NCBI GenBank assembly: GCA_964423795.1
Contig: CAYRGC010000004.1
Location: 1,032 to 65,031, forward strand
From: an uncultured Candidatus Peribacteria bacterium
Lineage (GTDB): Bacteria > Patescibacteriota > Gracilibacteria > Peribacterales > Peribacteraceae
Length of the DNA: 64,000 nucleotides
Direction: 5' to 3'
The notes below the pieces were generated by a model that worked only from the letters and a program-made list of their open reading frames with translations, made no database searches and had not been told where the DNA came from. Below, piece after piece: positions 33,842 through 41,226 of this stretch. A program made the translations under genes and the position numbers. Positions within the stretch are counted from its first letter, which is position 1. Each line of letters opens with the position of its first letter.

Positions 33842-34824
33842 TAGAGAGGTAATTCTCCCGTCCTCTTCTCCGGTTCGACGTAGGGCACCTTGAGCATCTC
33901 GTAGATATCCTCCTCCTCGCGGCTGGCGATGACCTTCTCCCCGAGGAAGAGCCCGTACTCGCTCAGCTTCCAGCCGCGCGCGATGGCCTTCTTGCGGAGC
34001 GCGATGTTGTGCTCCTTGTCGCCCGTGAAGTAGAGCAGCGCGCTCCCCCACTGGTCGCGTGAGACGAAGCGGACATCGACGCGCATGACTTCGACCGGTC
34101 GGATGCCGTGGTCTTGGATCTTCAAATCGAACGAGAGCTTCTTCTCCCCGTGCGCCACGACGTCGCGGACGAAGGGAAGCGCAGCGATCGCGTCGCTGAC
34201 CTTCTTCGGGTCCTTCGTGACGACGAGGACGTCCAGGTCCCCGACCGTCGCCTTCTTCCGCCGGTACGAGCCCGCGATCGACGCGCGATCGACGCCGGGG
34301 ACCGCGCGGATGGTGTTCACCAGAATCTCCGTCTCCTTCTCCACCTGCTCGCGGTTGAACCGCCGCGAGCGCTCGCTCACGCGCTTGGCGCTCTCGAGGA
34401 TTTTCTTCTCCATCAGTTCCGAGAGCCGGGGCAGCGTCCGCAGCTTCCCCTCCTTCGCGGCCTTCACGAGATCGGCGATGGTCTTGATGCCGAGTTCCGT
34501 CTGCAGCTGGCGCACGCGCTTGGGGCCGAGGTTCTCGATCTCGAGGAGCTTCGGCGCGATGCCCCCCTGCGCGCCCGCGAGTTCCTCGAACGCCTTCACG
34601 CGGCCGGATTCCACGAATTCCTTCGCTTTCCCCGCGACGGCCTTGCCGATGCCGGGCAGCGCCAAAAGCTCCTTCTCCGCGTACGCGGACAGATCCTTCG
34701 GGAGTTCATCCACCACCTGCGCCGCGCGTCTGTACGCCGCGGGCTTGAAGGCGACGCCCTGCTCGTCCAAGAGCGCCGCCATCTGGCGGAGGATGTGGGC
34801 GAAGGAGGCGTTACGTCCGGTCAT
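33841..34824 (-). CDS. DNA polymerase family X (Pol beta-like), polymerase core only
   Basis: 327 aa from ATG 34824. It has HhH motifs (LLALPGIGKAVAGK; IENLGPKRVRQL) and a nucleotidyltransferase motif (GSYRRKKATVGDLDVLV). No PHP domain is present. Confidence 0.85.
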   Translation of the reverse strand: MTGRNASFAHILRQMAALLDEQGVAFKPAAYRRAAQVVDELPKDLSAYAEKELLALPGIGKAVAGKAKEFVESGRVKAFEELAGAQGGIAPKLLEIENLGPKRVRQLQTELGIKTIADLVKAAKEGKLRTLPRLSELMEKKILESAKRVSERSRRFNREQVEKETEILVNTIRAVPGVDRASIAGSYRRKKATVGDLDVLVVTKDPKKVSDAIAALPFVRDVVAHGEKKLSFDLKIQDHGIRPVEVMRVDVRFVSRDQWGSALLYFTGDKEHNIALRKKAIARGWKLSEYGLFLGEKVIASREEEDIYEMLKVPYVEPEKRTGELPL

Positions 34825-34888
34825 TCGGGGATGGTAGCACCTCCGACTTCGAGGAAGCCGTAGAAAAGATCTGTTTTCTAGAGTAATC

Positions 34889-34915
34889 CAGGCCGCGCAC
34901 GGGGCGCGGCCTGGA
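34889..34915. terminator. 11-bp perfect-stem hairpin bounding the low-GC islet
   Basis: ccaggccgcgc-acggg-gcgcggcctgg, 14 nt beyond the stop of ORF 34929-35135. Confidence 0.45.
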
Positions 34916-34928
34916 GTTACGTCAGGGC

Positions 34929-35135
34929 TTAGACTTTGCAAAGTCGGCGACGAGGCGGATTCTTTTGAGAGATGAGGAATTCGACAATTTCGTTCTGTGT
35001 CTTCGGTTCGACAGTCGACAACCTGGCTGCAAGAGCCTGATTGTCAAGAATCGCAGGACCGAGATTCTGAACGAAACCCCATTTCTTGAGAAGATGCCGC
35101 GCAGACGATGACTGTTGCACAGTAAGATGAAGCAT
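34929..35135 (-). CDS. small hypothetical protein (68 aa), low-GC islet
   Basis: The ATG is preceded by AGGAG with a 5-nt spacer. No homolog recognised. Confidence 0.35.
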   Translation of the reverse strand: MLHLTVQQSSSARHLLKKWGFVQNLGPAILDNQALAARLSTVEPKTQNEIVEFLISQKNPPRRRLCKV

Positions 35136-35286
35136 GACTACTCCTGACGTGAAAAGGTTGTTCTGCCTTCGCAGCGTTCCCTCCAGGGAGACGCTGCTGG
35201 CCGAAGCCGGAAGACAGATCTCTTCTACGAACGAAACGGTGCTGTGAAGGATCGGAATGTAGTTCTTCCCAGGTCTCCTCCATCAT
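35044..35286 (-). CDS. small hypothetical ORF (80 aa), doubtful
   Basis: Open frame only. It overlaps the 34929-35135 ORF in another frame, and its composition is not convincing. Confidence 0.15.
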   Translation of the reverse strand: MMEETWEELHSDPSQHRFVRRRDLSSGFGQQRLPGGNAAKAEQPFHVRSSHASSYCATVIVCAASSQEMGFRSESRSCDS

Positions 35287-35302
35287 TCCGGGACTTTTTC
35301 AT

Positions 35303-35530
35303 TCATGCATCGCAGCGACAGTGTTGCTGTCGCATGCACTCAAGAATCCGCAGATCATTGCTGTAGCACATCTGCCGGTAACGCTGCAGCGTTTCCCGGA
35401 CGGAAAGACCCCCGTCATTTTCTCCCTGCAACTGGCCCAGACATACAGTATTCTGTGTAGAAGGGATATTTTCGCTGTTTTCAGGGGAATGAGAAGGCAT
35501 AGGAATGGAATGGAACAAAAGTCGGATCAT
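35303..35530 (-). CDS. small hypothetical protein (75 aa), low-GC islet
   Basis: Start MIRLLFHS.. at ATG 35530 overlaps the stop of the upstream ORF (ATGA), which suggests translational coupling. The C-terminus is Cys-rich. Confidence 0.3.
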   Translation of the reverse strand: MIRLLFHSIPMPSHSPENSENIPSTQNTVCLGQLQGENDGGLSVRETLQRYRQMCYSNDLRILECMRQQHCRCDA

Positions 35531-35802
35531 TGACGCTTCTTCCCCCGTCCTTTGCGGGATGCGAACAGGTTGGCCATCTTCTTGCGGCACTCCTTCGCGT
35601 CACTGGTCAGGCGGAGACCGTTGGCGTCGATGTTCTTCTCATGCGCCGCCATAGCCGTATTGATCTTCTCCTGACGTGCATGTTCCCAAAGCGGAATCGT
35701 ACCTTCCTCGACGAGGAACGTCTTCCGGGGCTGCATAGACTCATTGCCGTCGCTATAAGAAGTCTCAGACATAGGAAGGAGTGTAATATAATTATAAAAC
35801 AT
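35527..35802 (-). CDS. small hypothetical protein (91 aa; 81 aa if started at 35772), basic C-terminus
   Basis: ATG 35802 is preceded by AAGGAA. The sequence is charged and helical-looking, ending RKGRGKKRQ. The antisense frame is Leu/Arg-rich, which is typical of a shadow ORF. Confidence 0.4.
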   Translation of the reverse strand: MFYNYITLLPMSETSYSDGNESMQPRKTFLVEEGTIPLWEHARQEKINTAMAAHEKNIDANGLRLTSDAKECRKKMANLFASRKGRGKKRQ

Positions 35803-35924
35803 TTTCCTTATAACTCAAGAACGCGTCTATAATAGGTCCGGTCAAGCCATCGACAAGTAATTACGCACCGGTACAACGGTAATGGCTTCCCTTTGACGAA
35901 AAGTCGCATGGAAAACGGGCTGTT

Positions 35925-35951
35925 CATCCCTCACTACGCTCGGGATGACAA
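35925..35951. repeat. GAGCG-type GC-rich mini-element (reverse orientation)
   Basis: The reverse complement reads tgtcatcccgagcgtagtgagggatg, compared with tgtcatcgcgagcggagtcgaggggcg at 19757. Confidence 0.7.
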
Positions 35952-35954
35952 ACG

Positions 35955-36006
35955 GTAGCCGGGGTACGTGTTTCGACATGGCTCACCACAGGCGAACCCC
36001 GGCTAC
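35955..36006. repeat. P-family palindrome copy 3 with 30-nt loop insertion, just downstream of ahcY
   Basis: gtagccgggg ... ccccggctac. The arms match the palindromes at 27638 and 28588 (gcagccggggttcgc / gaaccccggctgc). Confidence 0.75.
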
Positions 36007-36015
36007 GGAAGGTAT

Positions 36016-37266
36016 TCATGTGCCTTCCTGCCAGCTGGCGAGATACTTCTTCTGCTCGTCGGTGAGCTCGTCGATGGAAAGCCCCATGGCCTCGAGCTGG
36101 AGACCGGAGATGAGGTCGTCGATCGCGGGCGGGAGCGTGATCACCTCGGCCTTCATCTTCCCCTTGTTCTTCACGAGGTACTCGCACGCGAGCGCCTGGC
36201 CGCAGAAGCTCAGGCTCATCACCTCGCTCGGGTGGCCTTCGGCGGACGCGAGGTTCACGAGGCGGCCTTCGCCGGCGACGTAGAGGACCTTCTTCCCCAC
36301 GGTGTACTCGTCGAGGTAGTGGCGCACGCGGCGCTTCCCCTTCGCCTTCTCCTCGAGGGTCTTGAGATCGATCTCGCAGTCGAAGTGGCCGGAGTTCGCG
36401 AGGACCGCGCCGTCCTTCATCGCCTGCATGTGCTCGAAGCGGATCACGTTCACGTTGCCGGTGACGGTGATGAAGAGGTCGCCGAGGGGGGCCGCGTCCT
36501 CCATCGTCATGACGCGGTGTCCGTCCATCGCCGCCTGGAGCGCGCAGAACTTGTCGACTTCCGTCACGATCACCTGGGCGCCGAGGCCGCGGGCGCGGAG
36601 CGCCACGCCCTTGCCGCAGCTGCCGTAGCCGAGGACCACGACGGTCTTGCCGGAGATGAGGAGGTTCGTGCTGCGCAGGATTCCGTCAAACGTGGACTGG
36701 CCGGTGCCGTAATAGTTGTCCATGAGGTGCTTGGTCTTGTTGTCGTTCACCGCGATCATCGGGATCTTGAGCGCGCCGTCCCGCACCATCGACTGGAGGC
36801 GGATGATGCCGGTCGTCGTCTCCTCGCAGCCGCCGATGAGGCTCGGGAGGAGATCCGCGTGCTTGGTGTGGATGAGCGTCACGAGATCGCAGCCGTCGTC
36901 GATCGTGATGTGGGGCTTCGTCTCCACCACCGCCTCGAGGAAGCGGTAGTAATCCTCCGTGCTCTCTCCCTTGTACGCCCACACCTGCACGTCCTTCTCC
37001 TCGGCCAGCGCGGCGGCCACGTCGTCCTGCGTGCTGAGGGGATTGCAGCCCGTGATCGCCACCTTGGCGCCGCCGTCGCGCAGCGCGCGGACGAGGATGC
37101 CCGTCTCCTTCGTGACGTGGAGCGCCATGCCGATCGTGAGACCGGCGAACGGCTTCTCCTTCTTGAAGCGCTCGCGCACCGCCATGAGGGCGCCCATGCG
37201 GCGCTCGGCGATTTCCAGGTTGAGACGGCCTTGCTCGGCCAAAGAGGAATCCTTGATGTGGGACAT
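36016..37266 (-). CDS. ahcY: adenosylhomocysteinase
   Basis: 416 aa with the NAD-binding motif VVVLGYGSCGKG and typical SAHH motifs (DDGCDL, HLMDNYYGTGQS, GHFDCEID). Confidence 0.95.
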   Translation of the reverse strand: MSHIKDSSLAEQGRLNLEIAERRMGALMAVRERFKKEKPFAGLTIGMALHVTKETGILVRALRDGGAKVAITGCNPLSTQDDVAAALAEEKDVQVWAYKGESTEDYYRFLEAVVETKPHITIDDGCDLVTLIHTKHADLLPSLIGGCEETTTGIIRLQSMVRDGALKIPMIAVNDNKTKHLMDNYYGTGQSTFDGILRSTNLLISGKTVVVLGYGSCGKGVALRARGLGAQVIVTEVDKFCALQAAMDGHRVMTMEDAAPLGDLFITVTGNVNVIRFEHMQAMKDGAVLANSGHFDCEIDLKTLEEKAKGKRRVRHYLDEYTVGKKVLYVAGEGRLVNLASAEGHPSEVMSLSFCGQALACEYLVKNKGKMKAEVITLPPAIDDLISGLQLEAMGLSIDELTDEQKKYLASWQEGT

Positions 37267-37270
37267 GGGG

Positions 37271-37329
37271 AGAGCTTAGAGGTTTTGAGCACAGGGTTCT
37301 AGGGACTTCTCCCGAACCTCACAACCTCG
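37271..37329. repeat. foldback, GAGGTT family (same family as 31557-31670)
   Basis: CTTAGAGG TTTTGAGC ACAGGGTTCTAGGG pairs with CCCGAACCTCACAACCTCGG. It spans the ahcY-kinase spacer and the last codons of the kinase gene. Confidence 0.7.
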
Positions 37330-38272
37330 GAAATTTCTTGCCGTAGGCGGCCTCCGCCCGGGCGGACACCTCATCCAGATCGAGCGCGTCCAGCAGCGTC
37401 CCCTCCTTCTCCACGACGAACGACGCCACCGAGGCGCCGAGTTTGCACGCGTCCTCGACCGTCCACCCCGCGGACAGTCCGGCCAAAAGCCCCGCGCGCA
37501 GCGCGTCTCCCGCGCCCGTGGGATTCACGACGGTATCCGCCTTGCATGCCGGCAGCACGCGTTCGCCCCCGCGGGTGAAGAGCGCGAGACCGTCCCCGCC
37601 GTGCGTGACGATGAGGTACTCGGCGTGTTCGAGCACGCCGTCCACGGACACGCCGGCGCGCTCGGAGAGCAGGCTCCACTCGTACGCGTTGCAAAGAACG
37701 CCCTTGCTCGCGCGGATGCCGGCGAGGAGCTCGTCCTTCGAAAGGCCGATGATCACCTGTCCCGGATCGAAGAGCAGCGGCACCTTCCACTTCGCACACC
37801 AGCGGACGGCCTCCGTCATGAGGACGGGATTGCGCGCGCCCACAAGCGCGTACGCGAGGTCCTCGCGCTCGTCCTGCAGCGCCGCGCCGGGCCACGACCC
37901 GTGCGCGTCCGCGCCGGGGTGGAAGAACGCGATCTGCCGCGAACCGTTGTCGGTGCCGATGATGGCGGTCGCGGTAACGTAGGCATCGAGCTGTTCCAGG
38001 TACGTCGTGTCCACGCCCCGCTCCGCGAGAAGCGCCTTGTACTCGCCGCCGTCCTTCCCCACAGTGGAAACGAGCATCGGGGAAGCGCCGAGCAGCCGGA
38101 GCGTCCACGCGATGTTCGCCCCAGTACCGCCGTGGTGGCGCGCGTAGAACGGACTGAAGAAGGAGACCGAGAGCGACTTGATGGCCTTGGGATCGATGGC
38201 GTCCGCGAAGGAGCCGCCGTAGCCGAGGAGGATATCGTAGGCGGTGGAGCCGGTGACGAGGATGTTCTTCAT
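37319..38272 (-). CDS. PfkB-family carbohydrate/adenosine kinase
   Basis: 317 aa from ATG 38272, with GGTGANIA and the C-terminal DTVVNPTGAGDALRAG motif. Position upstream of ahcY suggests an adenosine kinase role. Confidence 0.8.
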   Translation of the reverse strand: MKNILVTGSTAYDILLGYGGSFADAIDPKAIKSLSVSFFSPFYARHHGGTGANIAWTLRLLGASPMLVSTVGKDGGEYKALLAERGVDTTYLEQLDAYVTATAIIGTDNGSRQIAFFHPGADAHGSWPGAALQDEREDLAYALVGARNPVLMTEAVRWCAKWKVPLLFDPGQVIIGLSKDELLAGIRASKGVLCNAYEWSLLSERAGVSVDGVLEHAEYLIVTHGGDGLALFTRGGERVLPACKADTVVNPTGAGDALRAGLLAGLSAGWTVEDACKLGASVASFVVEKEGTLLDALDLDEVSARAEAAYGKKFPRL

Positions 38273-38311
38273 GGAGACAGTGTGGGAGGAAGCTTCCCCA
38301 AGCTCAAGCAA

Positions 38312-38399
38312 GTTTGTAGTTGGTAGTTTGTAGAAGTGGCAGTATCTGGAATTTTTAGGAGAACTTGTACTAAAAACTATCAACTAAACACTAAAAACT
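38312..38399. repeat. heptamer arrays GTTTGTA / ACTAAAA in divergent spacer
   Basis: gtttgta gttggta gtttgta g lies at 38312-38333 and tactaaa aactatc aactaaa cactaaa aactc lies at 38366-38399. Confidence 0.7.
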
Positions 38400-38437
38400 C
38401 CCCTGACAGAACAGCGAACTCCCCGTAAACTCCGAAC

Positions 38438-39820
38438 GTGAAAATCGCCATTGTTGGTACCGGCTACGTCGGCCTCGTCTCAGCGGCCTGCTTCGCGGAG
38501 CTGGGGCATACCGTCATCGGCGTGGACATCGACCCGAAGAAGATCGAGAAGCTCAAGAGGGGCGAAAGCACCATCTTCGAGCCGGGTCTCGAGGAGCTCA
38601 TCAAGAAGGGGCTCAAGACGAAGCTGCTGAGCTTCACGACCGACCTCGTCGAGGCGCTTCCCCAGGTGAGCGTGGTGTTCTCTGCGGTGGCGACCCCGCC
38701 GGGCGAGGGATTCAAGGCCGATCTCCGTGCGGTGTTCACCGTCGCGGAAACCGTGGCGAAGCACGCGGAGAAGCCGGTGGTCTTCGTGAATAAGTCCACG
38801 GTGCCCGTCGGCACGGGAAAGCAGTGCGAGGAGCGGATGGCCAAGATCCTCGCGGACCGGAAGAAGGACTTCTCGATCCCCGTCGTGAGCAACCCCGAGT
38901 TCCTGCGCGAGGGCCTCGCGGTGAATGACACTCTGATGCCGGATCGGATCGTCGTCGGGATAAATGAGACAGAAAGTCATCGGTCATCAGTCATGAGTCA
39001 TGGGGATGAAGATGCTCAAGACTCAAGACTCACGACTCACGACCCGCTCGATTCGAGAAAACTCATGCAAGACCTTTACGCTCCCATCACTCGCGTCGGG
39101 AAACCCCTCGTCTTCATGAGCCGCGAGAGCGCGGAGATCGTGAAGTACGCCAGCAACGCCTTCCTCGCGACGAAGATCAGCTTCATCAACATGCTCACGG
39201 AGTTCGCGGAGATCACGGGAGCCAACATCCGCGACGTCGCCCGCGGCATGGGCCTCGATAACCGCATCGGTCCGCGCTTTCTCCACGCCGGCATCGGCTA
39301 CGGCGGCAGCTGCTTCCCGAAGGACGTGAAGGCGCTCCTCGCGACCGCGAAGGATCACGGACTCAGCTTCGACATCGTGGAGGCCACCGATCGCATCAAC
39401 GCGCGCCAGCGCCAGCGTTTCTTCGAGAAGATCCTGAAGGCGCTCCCGAAAAAGGCCAAGGTCGCCGTGTGGGGGCTCTCCTTCAAGCCGAAAACCGACG
39501 ACATGCGCGAGGCGCCGAGCTTGGATCTGCTCCCGATGCTCGTCGACGCCGGGCACGCCGTGACGGCCTTCGACCCCGAGGCGATGACGGTGGCGCGGCC
39601 GCTCGTGCCCAAAGAGGTGGCGTTCGCCGAGTCCCCGATGGAGGCCGCCAAGGGCGCCGAAGCGCTCGTGCTCCTCACCGAGTGGGACGTCTTCCGCGGA
39701 GCGGACCTGGCAGAGCTCAAGGCGGCGATGAAGGGGGTCGACCTCTTCGACGGACGCAACGTGTATGAGCCGAAGGACGTGGAGAAGGCGGGGTTGAGGT
39801 ATCGGGGGATCGGGATCTAG
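38438..39820 (+). CDS. ugd: UDP-glucose 6-dehydrogenase (with about 26-aa repeat-encoded insertion)
   Basis: 460 aa with MKIAIVGTGYVGLV, GGSCFPKDV and other family motifs. The insertion is described under repeat 38976-39043. Confidence 0.9.
   Translation: MKIAIVGTGYVGLVSAACFAELGHTVIGVDIDPKKIEKLKRGESTIFEPGLEELIKKGLKTKLLSFTTDLVEALPQVSVVFSAVATPPGEGFKADLRAVFTVAETVAKHAEKPVVFVNKSTVPVGTGKQCEERMAKILADRKKDFSIPVVSNPEFLREGLAVNDTLMPDRIVVGINETESHRSSVMSHGDEDAQDSRLTTHDPLDSRKLMQDLYAPITRVGKPLVFMSRESAEIVKYASNAFLATKISFINMLTEFAEITGANIRDVARGMGLDNRIGPRFLHAGIGYGGSCFPKDVKALLATAKDHGLSFDIVEATDRINARQRQRFFEKILKALPKKAKVAVWGLSFKPKTDDMREAPSLDLLPMLVDAGHAVTAFDPEAMTVARPLVPKEVAFAESPMEAAKGAEALVLLTEWDVFRGADLAELKAAMKGVDLFDGRNVYEPKDVEKAGLRYRGIGI
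38976..39043. repeat. AGTC-family heptamer foldback inserted in-frame in ugd
   Basis: Arm 1 is GTCATCG GTCATCA GTCATGA GTCATGG, the loop is ggatgaagatg, and arm 2 is CTCAAGA CTCAAGA CTCACGA CTCACGAC. It encodes ..SHRSSVMSHGDEDAQDSRLTTHD.. Confidence 0.9.
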
Positions 39821-39850
39821 TCGTGAGTCACAAGTCCTGAGTCTTGAGTA
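39819..39850. repeat. left terminal inverted repeat (AGTCNNN heptamers) of the four-helix-bundle cassette
   Basis: AGTCGTG AGTCACA AGTCCTG AGTCTTG AGTA, starting inside the ugd stop codon. Confidence 0.85.
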
Positions 39851-39879
39851 TTTTGCCCGAGGGAGTAGGCTGAAAAGCT

Positions 39880-40248
39880 ATGCTTCATATGTCTTTTGAG
39901 AAGCTAAAGGTCTGGCAGAGAGCGATGCAACTTGTGACCTTCATCTACGAAATTACGGCGAAATTTCCTCGCGAAGAGATATATGGTCTCACGTCCCAGA
40001 TGCGAAGAGCAGCTGTGTCTGTTCCCTCGAATATTGCCGAGGGAAGTCAACGAACGTCAAATCGTGATTTTGCGAATTTCATCCTGATAGCCAAAGGATC
40101 ATTGGCAGAGCTTCAGACTCAAATCACTATTGCGAAGCAACAGTCATTTTTCGATGCGAAGGAATATGGAAAAATACGGGATGAAATGGAGGAAATAAGT
40201 AAGATGCTCTACGCTTTCCATCATCAATTACTCACTCACAAGTCTTGA
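39880..40248 (+). CDS. four-helix-bundle protein, 23S rRNA intervening-sequence protein family
   Basis: 122 aa with hallmarks FEKLKVWQRAMQL, EIYGLTSQMRRAAVSVPSNIAEG and F..IAKGSLAELQTQ. GC is visibly low. Confidence 0.85.
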   Translation: MLHMSFEKLKVWQRAMQLVTFIYEITAKFPREEIYGLTSQMRRAAVSVPSNIAEGSQRTSNRDFANFILIAKGSLAELQTQITIAKQQSFFDAKEYGKIRDEMEEISKMLYAFHHQLLTHKS

Positions 40249-40277
40249 CTGAAGACTCGTGACTTACGACTCACGAC
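40231..40277. repeat. right terminal inverted repeat of the four-helix-bundle cassette
   Basis: The reverse complement reads AGTCGTG AGTCGTA AGTCACG AGTCTTC AGTCAAG ACTTGTG. It ends 1 nt before the epimerase ATG. Confidence 0.85.
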
Positions 40278-40278
40278 T

Positions 40279-41226
40279 ATGAAGGTCTTCCTCACCGGCT
40301 GCGCCGGATTCATCGGGTTCCACACCGCGAACCGCCTGCTCGATCGCGGCGACGAAGTGGTGGGTCTCGACAACATGAGCCCCTACTACGACCCCAAGCT
40401 GAAGGAGGCGCGTCTCGCGATGCTCCAGAAGCGCAAGGGCTTCACCTTCACCAAGGGCGACATCCTCGACCGCAAGACGATCCGCGAGTGCATGCGCGGC
40501 TGCGACCGCGTGTGCCACCTCGCGGCGCTCGCCGGCGTGCGGTATTCGTTTGAGCATCCGGAGGAGTACATCGCGATCAACATCGACGGCTTCTTCGAGA
40601 TGATCGACGAGGCGAGGCTTCAGAAGATCCCCGGCTTCATCTACGCCTCCTCGAGTTCCGTCTACGGCGGCAACACGAAGTTCCCGCAGCACGAGGACGA
40701 CCGCACGGACGATCAAGTGTCGCTCTACGGACAGAACAAGAAGGACAACGAGCTCATGGCGCACATCTACCATAAGCTCTACGGAATCCCCGTCACGGGC
40801 CTGCGCTTCTTCACGGTCTACGGCCCGTGGGGCCGCCCGGACATGGCGCTCTTCCTCTTCACGGACGCGATCCTCAAGGACAAGCCCATCAAGGTCTTCG
40901 GCCACGGCAAGATGCAGCGCGACTTCACGTACGTGGACGACATCGTGTCCGGCGTGGTCGCGTCCATCGACAAGAACTACCCGGAGGAGATCTTCAACCT
41001 CGGCGCCGGCCACACGGAAGAGCTCCTGGATTACATCGGCATGATCGAGAAGACCGTCGGCAAGGAGGCCACGAAGGAATTGCTCCCCATGCAGCCCGGA
41101 GACACGGTCCGCAGCGAGCCGGACATCTCGAAGGCGAAGAAGATGCTCGGCTACGCCCCGAAAACGACGATCAAAGAAGGCGTCCCCAAGTTCGTGGAGT
41201 GGTATAGGGAATACCACGGTCTCTGA
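40279..41226 (+). CDS. NAD-dependent epimerase, UDP-glucuronate 4-epimerase-like
   Basis: 315 aa with VFLTGCAGFIGFH and YGQNKKDNE (YxxxK). The N-terminal pattern is typical of CapI/LpsL-type enzymes, and ugd is the neighbour. Confidence 0.8.
   Translation: MKVFLTGCAGFIGFHTANRLLDRGDEVVGLDNMSPYYDPKLKEARLAMLQKRKGFTFTKGDILDRKTIRECMRGCDRVCHLAALAGVRYSFEHPEEYIAINIDGFFEMIDEARLQKIPGFIYASSSSVYGGNTKFPQHEDDRTDDQVSLYGQNKKDNELMAHIYHKLYGIPVTGLRFFTVYGPWGRPDMALFLFTDAILKDKPIKVFGHGKMQRDFTYVDDIVSGVVASIDKNYPEEIFNLGAGHTEELLDYIGMIEKTVGKEATKELLPMQPGDTVRSEPDISKAKKMLGYAPKTTIKEGVPKFVEWYREYHGL

Noticed and set aside
35044-35286. 80-aa ORF in the low-GC islet as a confident gene, or as a frameshifted fusion with 34929-35135.
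   Set aside because: It has no ribosome-binding signal and an unconvincing composition. I could not reconstruct a plausible single protein by joining the two frames. It is kept only as a low-confidence feature.
38312-38399. G-U wobble-compensated RNA hairpin between the GTTTGTA and ACTAAAA arrays.
   Set aside because: Where the arms are not complementary, the mismatches are G-A or C-T rather than G-U. The two arrays therefore do not form a clean stem on either strand. They are reported only as periodic repeats.
37267-38437. SAH riboswitch or other leader upstream of ahcY or the kinase-ahcY operon.
   Set aside because: The ahcY-proximal spacer is only about 50 nt and is occupied by a foldback repeat. 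I could not find the conserved SAH-riboswitch pseudoknot elements in the 165-nt spacer upstream of the kinase. A covariance-model scan would be needed to be sure.
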